Source: Candidatus Eremiobacteria bacterium (GTDB lineage: Bacteria > Vulcanimicrobiota > Vulcanimicrobiia > Vulcanimicrobiales > Vulcanimicrobiaceae). From it: 64,000 bases of DNA. Under the pieces are notes generated by a model, which saw nothing but the letters and a program-made list of their open reading frames with translations, made no database searches and had not been told where the DNA came from. Shown here one piece after another: positions 9,833 through 20,213 of this stretch (its first letter is position 1; every line of letters starts with the position of its first letter). The stretch lies in assembly GCA_963758295.1 (NCBI GenBank), contig CAVWUU010000002.1:32001-96000 (forward strand). The letters run 5' to 3'. The translations under genes were made by a program, and so were the position numbers.

Positions 9833-12601
9833 TTAATGCCCGAAGCTGCGCGTGATGATGAAGCGCACGGTGGCCGGGCCGTAAGGAACGATGTTCCGTA
9901 AGCCTACCTGCCCGTTGGCCAGCGGAGCCGGTACTGCCGATCCGTACTGGACGTAATTGCCGGCGTCGGCTCCGAAAAGGTTATCCACGGAAACCTGCAC
10001 CGCCGTATCGCGCAGCACCGGCTGGCGATACGAGGCGGAAGCAACGAGAAACACCGGCATGTTGAAGGTGTTGTTCGGACCGTAGTACGTCAGTCCGAAC
10101 TGCGCGAACTGGCCGAAGCTGCCGCGGCGATGCACCTCGGCATAGCCCATGGAATAGGCTTCGCTTTTGTTTGAGATGCCGTTGAATGCGGGTGCGTTGA
10201 AGCCAATGTAATTTAGGCCCGGCACCACGCCGAGATTCGTCGTCAACGGTCCCGCCGCCGAGTCATAGAAGCCCGGCGGAATGTTATACGCATAGGCCCG
10301 TTGGAGCGAACCGGAGACCGTGAAGCCGTAGCCGCGAACCGGATCGTGGCGCAGCGATGCTTCCAAGCCCTCATAGCGGCTGCTCGCGAGGTTGGCGTTC
10401 GTCGTGATATAGACGGGGGTTCCGTTGAAGGACGTTCCGCTCGGATAAACGACGCCGACGAATTGGTTGCGAATGTTCGTTTGGTACGCGTCGACGGAGA
10501 AGATGTTGCCGCCCTTCAGACGCACGTCCGTGCCGAGGTCATAGCCGAATGAAGTCTCCGGCAAGAGCGATCCCGAGTTTTGCGAGATAGTAATCGTTCC
10601 GTTCACCGGTTGGGTCGTAGCCGGGTTGGTGTTCAGATTGTCGATCAGCTGCGGATATGGCGGCGCGATTGCCGAGCCGGCGGAGAAACGTACCGCGACG
10701 TTCGCATTCGGCAAATACGATATGCCCAGGCGAGGGTCGTCGTGCGTTGTCGTCGAGTGCGCGAACGTGAGGACGCCGTTCTCGCTCGAAGGCGTAAACT
10801 GATTCTGATAGACGTTATAGTAATTTGCAAGTGTCAGCTGCACTTTGTCGCTGAACGCGAAAACGCCGCGTAGCAAGTACGTATTAAAATCTTGGCGCGT
10901 GCCGCCCGGAATCGAAAAGGTCGTGGTGCCTGATCCGCCGTTTACCTTGTACGAATTCGTGAGCGACGTATTGCGGTCGTACGCAAACGTGTAGACGTTC
11001 GGCCCGACCGGGTGGTCGTATTGGAACGAAAAGCCATGCAGGTAGTCGTGATCCGACATGTTGTTCACGTAAGCCGACGAAGCCGGAACGGTAATCGTTG
11101 CCGGCCCGCCGGTGAAGAGGGTCGGTACGCTGCCGGCGCTGCCGAGCACCGCCGAACCATACAGGTTCAGCGTAGAGGTATACGGCGCTGTCGGCGACGT
11201 TGCATCGGAATACGTGGCGCGTTCGAGAACAGCGCTGTAGTAACGCGCCAAGATCGTATCGTTGTTGAACGTCGTGCGAAGATTCGCTTCGAACATCGGC
11301 TCGTTGTCGTACGTCCGTTGATTCGGAATCGTCGGGGTCGTATTCAGCGAGAAGAATTGCCCGCGCGAAAACGGTGTTCCCGCCGGATCGTAAGCCGGCG
11401 CCGGCGCAAAGACCGATGCGACCTGCGTCAGGCTTCCCGCGGGCGCATCGTAGTTCGACTGAATGCCGATATAGGCAGCCGAAAGAACAGTGGAGTCCGA
11501 GAAGTGATACTGGAGCTTCGCTAGTTCGCCGCGATTGAGGAAATTTGAATTCACGGTTTGGCAACACGCAATGAGCGACGTATAACCGGCATTCGGACTT
11601 CCGAGCGCGCCCGCAACCGGATACGGTCCGCTAACCCCATTAATGGGCTTGGCGCTCGTCGTTGAACCCGCAACGGTTTGCCCGTTTACGAGCGCGCCTT
11701 TCGGCAAGGAAATGTACGAAGGATACTGCTGCAGCGGCCCGCTGGTGCCGTAGCTCGCGTAATCTAGGAGATAGCCGACTTTCCCGATCGTGTCGGAGAG
11801 CCGCACGCTGCCGATCGTTCCGGAATAGTTATCAAAACCGAGCAACATGGAACCGCTCTGCTGTTGCGTCGGATCGCCGGTGCGGAAATTCAGCGTGCCG
11901 CCGATGCCGTAGTTGATCTCCGGGGCATACGCCGTCGGACCTTTCACGACTTCGACGTTATCGAACAGCAGCGAGTTAACGAGCATCGTCGGATAGTCGC
12001 CACGCGCGCCGTTGATTAGCGGATGGCCATCGATGAGCGTGGCTTTTTCATAATCGAGCGCGCCGCGCAGATTCGGCGACGTGATTGAACCCGGCGCCGC
12101 GGCATTGGCCGAACCCGGCCGTGCGCTCACCACACCCGGAATCTGATCGAGCACGTGACCGATTTGCACTTGCCCTTGATCGATGAACTGCTGGCGGCCG
12201 ACGGTCGCAATAGCGGAAGCGCTGGTATTGTACGTGCTCGTGGCCGACGCCGTAACCGTGGCGATCTGCTGCAACGTGCTCAATGATTCGGCACGCAACG
12301 TGAAGGCAACCGGCGCGGCCTGCGGCACCTGCACCGACGTTACCGTCGACGCAATAAAGCCGGGTTTAGAAGCGGTGACGTGATAGGTGCCGCTCGGAAC
12401 GTTCTCAATTGAGAAGTGCCCGCTTGCGTCGGTTTGCACAGGCTTTACAACCGATGGACGAATCGCGATTGCGACGTTGCCCAATGGCGCGCCCTGCGAA
12501 TCTATGACCGTTCCGCTAAGGGCAACGCTCTGCGCAAATGCAGGCTGCATACTAAATGCCGCGATGAAGGTAAACACGAGTAGATATCGCAGGTACGTCA
12601 C
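9833..12601 (-). CDS. TonB-dependent receptor with N-terminal carboxypeptidase-regulatory-like domain
   Basis: Signal peptide, SGTVIDSQG, plug (LDQIPGV, LRG, LIDGHP, EVVKGP, GGTLNF), barrel strands, VDNLF; start at 12601 or 12631. Confidence 0.9.
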   Translation of the reverse strand: MTYLRYLLVFTFIAAFSMQPAFAQSVALSGTVIDSQGAPLGNVAIAIRPSVVKPVQTDASGHFSIENVPSGTYHVTASKPGFIASTVTSVQVPQAAPVAFTLRAESLSTLQQIATVTASATSTYNTSASAIATVGRQQFIDQGQVQIGHVLDQIPGVVSARPGSANAAAPGSITSPNLRGALDYEKATLIDGHPLINGARGDYPTMLVNSLLFDNVEVVKGPTAYAPEINYGIGGTLNFRTGDPTQQQSGSMLLGFDNYSGTIGSVRLSDTIGKVGYLLDYASYGTSGPLQQYPSYISLPKGALVNGQTVAGSTTSAKPINGVSGPYPVAGALGSPNAGYTSLIACCQTVNSNFLNRGELAKLQYHFSDSTVLSAAYIGIQSNYDAPAGSLTQVASVFAPAPAYDPAGTPFSRGQFFSLNTTPTIPNQRTYDNEPMFEANLRTTFNNDTILARYYSAVLERATYSDATSPTAPYTSTLNLYGSAVLGSAGSVPTLFTGGPATITVPASSAYVNNMSDHDYLHGFSFQYDHPVGPNVYTFAYDRNTSLTNSYKVNGGSGTTTFSIPGGTRQDFNTYLLRGVFAFSDKVQLTLANYYNVYQNQFTPSSENGVLTFAHSTTTHDDPRLGISYLPNANVAVRFSAGSAIAPPYPQLIDNLNTNPATTQPVNGTITISQNSGSLLPETSFGYDLGTDVRLKGGNIFSVDAYQTNIRNQFVGVVYPSGTSFNGTPVYITTNANLASSRYEGLEASLRHDPVRGYGFTVSGSLQRAYAYNIPPGFYDSAAGPLTTNLGVVPGLNYIGFNAPAFNGISNKSEAYSMGYAEVHRRGSFGQFAQFGLTYYGPNNTFNMPVFLVASASYRQPVLRDTAVQVSVDNLFGADAGNYVQYGSAVPAPLANGQVGLRNIVPYGPATVRFIITRSFGH

Positions 12602-12604
12602 CCT

Positions 12605-14971
12605 ATGAAGCGCTCCGTCGGAAAAAAGCAACTACTCGCTGCTATCATTTTAAACTTAGCCTTTGCTGTGAGTGCGGTGTCGCCGGCGGCGGGGGCAGAG
12701 AAAGTTCGCATTGCAATAACTGACGATTCAGGCCGCCCCGTGGCTTCGGCGGCAGTCGTCGTATCCGGCGAAACGACCGTGCGCGCGATATCCGACGGCA
12801 ATGGTATAGCCACCATTGGACCGGTAGAAACACCCGCTACCGTCACGGTGAGCGCACCATCGTTTAAGGTGGAGCACCGGGCCATCGCGGCAGGCACGAC
12901 GAGCGTTTCAATCACACTAACGCCTTCCGCCGGCGCGCTGCACATCATCGGGTCCGTTACGGGGCACGGACGCACGCCTTTTAACGCGACGCCGGTCGCG
13001 CAAAAGGTTTTTCCGCGAGAAGCCTACCGCGATCAAGGCCAGCCATCCGCGCGTACCGTCATCGACCAAACACCGGGTGTGCTTGCCGCGCCGGCCGCAT
13101 CCGGAGGCGCAGGATCGCCATATGCTCCGAGCTCTGTCATCGTCCGCGGGAGTTTGCCGTACGAAACACCGGTGTCGCTCGATGGCGAGCCGGTATGGTT
13201 CGGCTCAACCGGAACCTTCGACCTGAACCTCGTGCCGACGTTCGATCTTCAGGAAGTGGAAATTGTGAAGGGCCCCGGCGACGTCGCGGGACTCGGGTCG
13301 GGCGTCGGCGGGGCGGTGAATTTTCGGACCTCGGAGCCCACCGCGGTGCGTCGCGCATTTCCGGAGACCGAGGTCGATTCGCACGGCGGGTCCTTCAGCG
13401 ACATTTCGTACGTCGGAACCGTGCCGGGCGGCAAGCTCGCATTCTCGTCGATGGCCGAGGTTGACGGAACGCCGTGCTGCGGGCCGCTTCCCGCCGATGC
13501 GGTGCGAAAGTCGTTGCTCCTGAAATTGCGGTACATGCCTTCGCAAGCGCTAACCGTGACCGGCACGTTTCTCGGAACCAATCTCGACCGGTCGCTCGGT
13601 GCAAGCAATTCCGCAGAATCGGCCGGCACGTTCTTCTCGCTGCTTCCCTCAACGAACGTTCGGGAGAACGAACGGTTCCGCTTTGAAGACGTTGTAACGT
13701 CGCTCGATCGGGGCGACGACGCCTACGCATTTCACCTTTATGATTCAGCGACGACGCGCGAACGGTACGACGGCCTTAATACGAATGCTACGGATCGTGC
13801 AAGCGGCGCAAGCCTGGAGTGGCAGCATGCCGCGGGAAAAAACTCGTATGGACTACTTGCGCGATCCACGTATTTCACGAGCGACAACAACGATCCGTAC
13901 GAACAGCCCTTAGCCGGCGGATCATCGGAAACGCTAACGTATTTGCGCGGGTCCGCTACGCTTCGTCCATCGTCGCGCGATGAAGTCGATCTCTCCGGCG
14001 GCGGCATCTTCACGGGCATGCGCACTGCAGCGTTTGCGACGGTGAATGAACAACGCACCGGTACTGCCCCTGAGGGGCGTATTGCCTTTTCCCATCTCAT
14101 GCGGCCGGGAGTATCGCTGCGTGGAAGCTATGGTGTTGATGCCATTGCACCGCCGCTCGATGCACTCTCGGGCAGCGACCCGGCCACTCGCACGCCGCTG
14201 AATCTTCCCTCAACCGAAGTTCCATTTCGCTCCTCCGTCGATCGTTTTGAAACCGCCGGTGGCGGCGACGTCGGCGTGGAATGGCGCCTGCACGGCGGAA
14301 GCACCACGTTTTCGGCCGACTGGTATTCGTCCGTGACCCATGATGCCTATATGCTCGAGCGTTCGCAGGTCGCCGGACCGCTGGAAAGCGATACCTGGTT
14401 CAACGGACCGCCGGTCGAGGAGAGCGGCATCGAACTCGCCCTACAGCAATTCAAACCGGTCGGCATGGGCTATATCGCGCAGATAGCCTTTCCGCGTACG
14501 ACCGTTCGTGGAAATCTCGATCCGTCGTTTTACAGCAACGGGAATCTTGCGATCGTTCCCGGCCCAAACATCGGCGGCGGCGCCTGGTTCACGCCCGGTG
14601 AGAACGATATCGCTGCGGAGCGCGTGCCTTACGCGCAAGGCTATACGGAAATCAGTTACAAGTGGCCGCGCGGCTCTCGTGCGTCGCTCGGCATGCTGTA
14701 CGTTGGATCGAACAATCCCTACGGGCAGCGCGCCTTCGCAACATTCAACAGCAATCTCGAGCTTTCGGTCGCCTCGCGCTCGAAGTTTCAGATCTCGGTA
14801 GAGAACCTGTTCAACAATCTCGACATTCCCGTCCCGCTTTTTGGCGGTGGAATCGGCGTACCGCTTGTAACCGGGACGTTGGCGATGCAGAACGCGCAGG
14901 GATTGGCTCCGCGCACGATTCGCTTCATGTACCGGCAATCGTTCGGCGAGGGCTCGATCTACGAACACTAA
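12605..14971 (+). CDS. TonB-dependent receptor
   Basis: IDQTPGV, VRG, LDGEP, EIVKGP, GGAVNF plug motifs; VENLFN near the C-terminus. Confidence 0.88.
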   Translation: MKRSVGKKQLLAAIILNLAFAVSAVSPAAGAEKVRIAITDDSGRPVASAAVVVSGETTVRAISDGNGIATIGPVETPATVTVSAPSFKVEHRAIAAGTTSVSITLTPSAGALHIIGSVTGHGRTPFNATPVAQKVFPREAYRDQGQPSARTVIDQTPGVLAAPAASGGAGSPYAPSSVIVRGSLPYETPVSLDGEPVWFGSTGTFDLNLVPTFDLQEVEIVKGPGDVAGLGSGVGGAVNFRTSEPTAVRRAFPETEVDSHGGSFSDISYVGTVPGGKLAFSSMAEVDGTPCCGPLPADAVRKSLLLKLRYMPSQALTVTGTFLGTNLDRSLGASNSAESAGTFFSLLPSTNVRENERFRFEDVVTSLDRGDDAYAFHLYDSATTRERYDGLNTNATDRASGASLEWQHAAGKNSYGLLARSTYFTSDNNDPYEQPLAGGSSETLTYLRGSATLRPSSRDEVDLSGGGIFTGMRTAAFATVNEQRTGTAPEGRIAFSHLMRPGVSLRGSYGVDAIAPPLDALSGSDPATRTPLNLPSTEVPFRSSVDRFETAGGGDVGVEWRLHGGSTTFSADWYSSVTHDAYMLERSQVAGPLESDTWFNGPPVEESGIELALQQFKPVGMGYIAQIAFPRTTVRGNLDPSFYSNGNLAIVPGPNIGGGAWFTPGENDIAAERVPYAQGYTEISYKWPRGSRASLGMLYVGSNNPYGQRAFATFNSNLELSVASRSKFQISVENLFNNLDIPVPLFGGGIGVPLVTGTLAMQNAQGLAPRTIRFMYRQSFGEGSIYEH

Positions 14972-16499
14972 ATCCAGGAGTGCAACCACATCCGTTGCAT
15001 CCATGCCCCATACGAGATCGTCATGCCGCTTAGGATCGGATAGAAGTAAATAAACCAGAGGACGGCAACGCCAAAATAGCCGCCGACAAACACACGCACG
15101 GCATTGACGTCCCACGCTCGGACGTTTCGCCATAGCCACTGCATTGCCACCGCCGTGCAGATGCACACGAGCGGGATGTCGACGTAAAAATGGTACTCCC
15201 AAGCAATGCGCGGCGAAAGCGGGCCCACGGCAACCACTGCGCGAGATAGGTCAGGACGACCAGTGCGTAGGCGCGACTACGCTCCCGAAACGCCAGGAAA
15301 CCGACGAACGGTACCGTCACGAGCCCCATCCACAGGATGATGGGATTCGGCAAAGACGTAATGATCGCAGCGGTGCGTACGTCTCCCATTTGGCCATAAT
15401 TGGCGTAGTACAAAATCGGCCGCAGATCGAGCGGCCAGGTCCACCACAACGAGGCATATGGGTGCGTCGCGGTGAGCGTGGAATGGTATTTATAGGCATT
15501 CACTTGCATCGTGATGATGTCGCTCAGCGTATAAGGGCGCGGCGCGAGCTGTGGCAAATCGCGAAGTCCCACGAAGTGCGGAATGTATGCAAGCGCGTAA
15601 ACGATGCCGATAGCGGCAATCATGCCGGCTGCAACAAGATCGACCGGAAAGAGCGCGCGCCGGTGCTTTGCGATCGCATAGACGGTCGCATAAGTTACTA
15701 CGCTGAACGCAACGAAGTACGCCATGACGCCGTACCATTTGCTCGCAACGAGCAGTGCGGCCGAAAATGCGAACAGCGTCAGCCATAATGCGCCGGCAGG
15801 CGGCCTAACGTAGACCCGATAGGCTACGTACAAAATACACGCAATAACGATGCCCGCGACGATTTTCGCTGCAACGATCTCATGCGGGAAGCGCAACAGC
15901 ACGATCGCTATCGAAAGCACCACCGCGACTGCGCCGCCGGCAAGCAGCCGTTTCAACGGGAAGAGTTGCCGCTCGGACGTTCGTTCGACGAGAGCGTCCC
16001 AATAACGCATGAACGTGTATAGCGTGGCAAGCGAGAAGACGACAACGAAACTTTCCGGTGTCGCGATGCGCGATTGCACGAAGTGCATGCCGTCGAACGC
16101 GAACAGGCCTGCAGCGTAGGCGCCGAAGAGCGTCGATCCCGTAACCCGCCGTGCGAGCACGTACAAGAGCCACACGGCGATCGCGCCCGCGACGACGTCT
16201 AAAAATCGCCATCCGGCCGATGTGTCGCCATTCGGCAATCCGCCAAAGAGGATAGTGGAGAGCGTGACGAGGAGCTTCGTGACCGGCGGATGCGTATTTT
16301 CGTAGATATACCGCCGTTGCAAATACTCTTCGGCCGCTCGCGCGAAGTAGACTTCGTCGAAAATCTTCTCCGGTGGAAACCAATAGCGGTACACCAACAT
16401 GAGGAACGACCCGACTGCCAGTCCAATTCCGACCAGCCGGTCGATGGTGCGCGTCCGGGTAGAAGAACGCGACATCGCGGCAGTTTCATAGCTTGCCAT
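14968..16499 (-). CDS. Dolichyl-phosphate-mannose-protein mannosyltransferase (PMT/GT39) family, frameshift near 15222
   Basis: FDEVYF, HPPVTK, SRIA, HPYASLWWTWP, NPIILW; C-terminus (SPRIAWEYHFY...WLHSWI) is in the adjacent frame. Confidence 0.85.
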
Positions 16500-16756
16500 A
16501 CAGAAGCTACAAATAGCCGATTCAACGCTTCGCTCCTTGCCCGGGCATCAAAATCTTTTCGGAAGCGGCTGTCAAAAATGCTTACAGTTCTCGCTGCGGC
16601 TCGGCCTTTGGGGACCGTCGCCCGGCTTGCCGGCAATTATTCTTGGGCGTATCTTGTGCCCCCAAGCCCTCTTTGGCGCGCAACGGATTCGACGCCGTCA
16701 TTAGCCGGCTCGCTTCGTGGACGAACATGGCAACGTCGTAGACCTCGACGATTAGC

Positions 16757-17062
16757 TCATTCGCATCGGTAACTTCCGCTTGGATCGATCGAAAGACGCG
16801 TACCCGACACGACGATCGAGCGAATACGGTGATCCCAAAACGATAAGATCTTCACGGCAACGCGCGGAAGCCCGGCAATGATTTCACGCGCCCGGCGCGA
16901 TAGCGTCAAAGTGTCTTTGACCCACGGCGGATGATCGTGCGGCAGAAACGGTGTTTCAAGATCCGGCTCGCCGACAGCCGAAACAATCGGCTCGCTATGC
17001 GCGGTTTCGAGCGAAGCCGCAAGCGACGCAGCGCGATGTTCGCTTTCAATGCGACGAAGCAC
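16757..17062 (-). CDS. Hypothetical protein coupled to the sigma factor (may extend to 16582 via a frameshift near 16777)
   Basis: Overlaps the sigma stop; another frame continues EVTDANELIVEVYDVAMF. Confidence 0.45.
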   Translation of the reverse strand: MLRRIESEHRAASLAASLETAHSEPIVSAVGEPDLETPFLPHDHPPWVKDTLTLSRRAREIIAGLPRVAVKILSFWDHRIRSIVVSGTRLSIDPSGSYRCE

Positions 17063-17723
17063 GCAAGGCCTTTCTCATACGGCTAACAGCCGCGAGATGC
17101 AATTGCGACGCGCGCTGCGGCGAGATCTGCATCGACTTCCCGATCTCGCGCAGAGAGCGATCGAAAAAATAGTGAGCGCGTACGAGCTTTTGCTGGCGCT
17201 CCGGCAGTTGCTCGATCGCTTTGTGCACCGCGGATCGTTCGAGGTTTTCGATGAACTCGCACGCCGGGTCGTTGCGCCGGTCGCGTGCGAGCGATTCGCC
17301 ATCCGGAAGCGGAGCGTCTAACGAAAGCGGTTGGGTACGATGCGCAACAAGCGTTGCCCGCGCAAATCCTGGACAAATGGCGTCCACTTCTTTCACCGAG
17401 GGCACCTCGCCGCGCTCGACCGCGATTCGATAGCGTTCAGCTTCGCCCTCACGGACGGTGCGGCGGGCGCGCTCCGAGACGGGATCCATACGTCGAATCC
17501 CGTTGAGCATGGCGCCGGCTATAACACCGCTTGCATATTGCTCGAGCGTCGGCCCGCGCGTGGGATCGAAATTGTCGACGGCCCGAATGAGGCCGATACT
17601 GCCGTCGCCCACAAGGTCGTCGACATCGACGCCGGCAACCAGCCGGCGTATGCGACGCGCAATTCGCCTTACAAGAGGAAATAGCTCGCGGATCCGGCGC
17701 TCGCGGACCGTTTCAGCGGACAC
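17046..17723 (-). CDS. fliA: FliA/WhiG (sigma-28) family RNA polymerase sigma factor
   Basis: PLVRRIARRI, DDLVGDGSIGLIRAVDNFDP, LSLDAP, LPERQQ..SLREIG..ISPQRASQLH; flagellar neighbours. Confidence 0.78.
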   Translation of the reverse strand: MSAETVRERRIRELFPLVRRIARRIRRLVAGVDVDDLVGDGSIGLIRAVDNFDPTRGPTLEQYASGVIAGAMLNGIRRMDPVSERARRTVREGEAERYRIAVERGEVPSVKEVDAICPGFARATLVAHRTQPLSLDAPLPDGESLARDRRNDPACEFIENLERSAVHKAIEQLPERQQKLVRAHYFFDRSLREIGKSMQISPQRASQLHLAAVSRMRKALRASSH

Positions 17724-17910
17724 GATCGCCCAGCTGCGCCGCAAGTGCGGCGCCAAACCCCGCTTTATCTTGCTCTGCTATCGACTGCGCCAGCGACGTG
17801 ATCCCGAACGAGGCAACGGGGTCGCCATCCTTCGCCAAGGGCGCCAGGCACTGTTCGAGTAACATCGATTCGAGCGCGGCGCCCAGGCGGTTAACTCCTA
17901 CCGTATCCAT
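17713..17910 (-). CDS. Minimal FlgJ-like rod-binding domain protein
   Basis: AALESMLLEQCL...LAQSIAEQ..GFGAALAAQL resembles the FlgJ N-terminal rod-binding pattern; overlaps the sigma start. Confidence 0.55.
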   Translation of the reverse strand: MDTVGVNRLGAALESMLLEQCLAPLAKDGDPVASFGITSLAQSIAEQDKAGFGAALAAQLGDRVR

Positions 17911-17982
17911 GCGTCGACGCTATCAGCCGGCTGTTGCCAAATCGCTATGGACGCGTTACATATTCTCTAACGAGGTGTTGTT

Positions 17983-18417
17983 ATGGCAAGCGCAATCAAT
18001 GCTGAGCTCCAGGCTCCGCTTAATGGATTAGAGCAGGCGTGGAAACATGGCGACGGCGCAGCCTTCGCCGAACAGTGCACCGAGGACGTCGATTTCATCA
18101 ACATCCTCGGCATGCACGTTCAAGGGCGGCCGGCTGTCGCGGAGCTTCACAACAAGATCTTCAACGGTCCGTATAGGGGCAGCACCGTTACGTTCACCAT
18201 TGAAAGTGCTCGCGCAATCGGTTCCGATGCCGTGCTTGCCATCGTGCCAGGTCATCTCGAAATTCCGGAGGGTCCGGTAAAAGGCGCCGTCTTAACGGTT
18301 GCGAGCGTTTTGCTCCTCCGCGACGGCAGCGAATGGAAGATCGCCAACTTCCACAACACCCGGCGCGATTCCACACAACCGAGTCACCTCTCCGTAATGC
18401 GCGACGCAGTTAAATAA
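17983..18417 (+). CDS. SnoaL/NTF2-like (SgcJ/EcaC family) protein
   Basis: AWKHGDGAAFAE..TEDVDF..G..GR..H, WKIANFHNT; GAGGTG RBS. Confidence 0.85.
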   Translation: MASAINAELQAPLNGLEQAWKHGDGAAFAEQCTEDVDFINILGMHVQGRPAVAELHNKIFNGPYRGSTVTFTIESARAIGSDAVLAIVPGHLEIPEGPVKGAVLTVASVLLLRDGSEWKIANFHNTRRDSTQPSHLSVMRDAVK

Positions 18418-18757
18418 TATCCGCGATTGGCGCATCTCCCCTACCCGCACGACGGCAACGATCGTCTATTCGCTGAGGCCGTCATCAACAAATGGGTGCA
18501 GGTACCGTTTCCTATCATCAGCCGCCGTGCGGTCCTCATCAAGAGACACCGCATTCCATCTATCATCGTGTCCCACGTGATCAAACCCCTCGATAGGAAA
18601 TACAGAAACACGAAAGCACAATCGCGGACGCAATTGCCAAGGGCGGCCTAATGCTGGAAACTTTGCCTTCTCGACGGAACGCGAGTTAAGCGCTTTCAAA
18701 ACGCCAACGAAGCGGCCGCGAAAGCGCTGAAACGGATTTAAAACGCGAGAGCTAGTT

Positions 18758-19193
18758 ATGCCGCACATAGAGATTGACGCTAAATCATGGGGCGGGGTTT
18801 TTATTTACCCCCTTACATCCGCCATAGAAATTGAAGCCGACCCGTTGGCCGCGACATTCGCCGTTGGCTTTGTTTTTCGGCAATTGCCGGACTTGCGGTG
18901 GCTCAAAGAATCGGTCCATTTCCTCATTGAAAAAGGCGCGAGCTTTTGGCTTATTCGGGCCTGAGGCAAGTAAGGCGCATGCCGTGGTAGATGAGATCGT
19001 CGTCCGATTGAGTCTTGAAGAGACCATACTAAGCATGGACTTTGAGGACGAGCTACATAATGTCGTTCTGTCGTTCTTTGGTATTGCTCAAGGAAGCACC
19101 CAGTCGGGTGTCGACAGGTTTGCCTTTTTCGTGCCCATTTCTATGATGAGCGAGGTCGATGAATCGATAATGCAGGGACTCAATTTACGCTGA
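18758..19193 (+). CDS. Hypothetical cargo protein, apparently frameshifted at the T-run near 18945
   Basis: ORF 18758-18964 joins 18831-19193 (...EKGASF/GLFGPEASKAHAVVDE...) if one T is removed; lower GC. Confidence 0.5.
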
Positions 19194-19201
19194 ACGTTAG
19201 A

Positions 19202-19251
19202 CTAGCCGCTCTCTAGATTATTAGCAACGTCTCCTCTGCGCGCGCGGTGAT
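19202..19251 (-). pseudogene. Decayed displaced copy C of the flgG 3' end
   Basis: Minus strand ATCACCGCG...GCAGAGGAG..GTT GCT AAT AAT CTA GAG AGC GGC TAG = VANNLESG* versus IANNLQRG*. Confidence 0.6.
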
Positions 19252-19436
19252 CGCAACAAATCAACGCCACCGTTAGTCCGGCAGATTAACGCAACCTGCG
19301 AACCAGAGATCCATTGCTCGACATGGTAAATGGAGTCTATGCGTGTCGAGTCGCTCACACGACCGCGTTCGCTTCGCCTAAGCGTAACAGCTGCCGCTTC
19401 GTCGTGGCCGCGGTTTCATCTGCACGTTGGGCCTAC

Positions 19437-19506
19437 CTAGCCACGCTGAAGATTGTCGGCAATACGCAGCATTTGATCCTCTGCCTCGACGCCTTTAGCG
19501 GTGCAT
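19437..19506 (-). pseudogene. Displaced copy A of the flgG 3' end
   Basis: 19499-19437 encodes AKGVEAEDQMLRIADNLQRG*, 16/20 aa identical to the FlgG terminus; preceded by ATGCACC. Confidence 0.9.
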
Positions 19507-19591
19507 GCGAAATGCGGAGCGGAGCTCCTTCATCTTGAGATTTTCCGCTGGCGCAAAGCGCGCAAGGCTGCCGCGTCGAACACGTCATACG

Positions 19592-19906
19592 GTGAGAGAA
19601 CGCACTAGTACGAACGGGAAGGCTGCGGTGTCCTTATTCTGCGCACTGGTCTTGCTGATGATACCAGTGGTCGCGATGATAGCGCACTGGGGATTTTCGT
19701 ACGTGACCTACGGCTTGACAAATCTGCCGCTGGCGTCAGCTTCTGTCGCTGCTTCTCTTAGCATATTGGCTGCCGCACTGCTTCGTAACAGTCTCCGTAA
19801 AAGCGAACTGCGGATAATGACGATCTGCCTCATTTGGCTTATCGCTATAGTTGTTGGAGGTCTCGGCGAGACATATCTCTACCTCACCTTGGCTGGATGT
19901 TGCTAG
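19592..19906 (+). CDS. Small ~3-TM membrane protein (cargo)
   Basis: Three hydrophobic segments, AT-richer codons; start uncertain. Confidence 0.6.
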   Translation: MRERTSTNGKAAVSLFCALVLLMIPVVAMIAHWGFSYVTYGLTNLPLASASVAASLSILAAALLRNSLRKSELRIMTICLIWLIAIVVGGLGETYLYLTLAGCC

Positions 19907-20032
19907 CGCCCCGGCAGCTGGGCGTATCTTTCCGGATCGATTTCCTCGGTGGGCCATAGCAGGCCCACAATCGTTTTTCGAGCGTTCGCTATCGGATGAC
20001 GACTGGCGGCTGTTGATAGCCGCGATGCGCAT

Positions 20033-20102
20033 CTATCCTCGCTGCAGGTTATTCGCAATACGAAGCATCTCATCCGCGGCCTGTACGCCTTTAGCGGTGC
20101 AT
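20033..20102 (-). pseudogene. Displaced copy B of the flgG 3' end
   Basis: 20095-20033 encodes AKGVQAADEMLRIANNLQRG*, identical in aa to 22138-22076; preceded by ATGCACC. Confidence 0.95.
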
Positions 20103-20213
20103 ACAAGATGCAGATGCACGAAGAAACGTTAGCAAGCGGTTATCGCCGGCGAACGACGCGAGATTACATATGTCGGGTGCGGCAGAGGCCGCAAGATACG
20201 CGAGCCGGAACGT

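Noticed and set aside
18420..18533. Further flgG-tail copies near 18420-18450 (GAGATG..ATCGCGGATA) and 18495-18533 (ACCGC..AADD.R..LH)
   Set aside because: The similarity is too short and gapped to separate from chance by eye; it needs a profile search.
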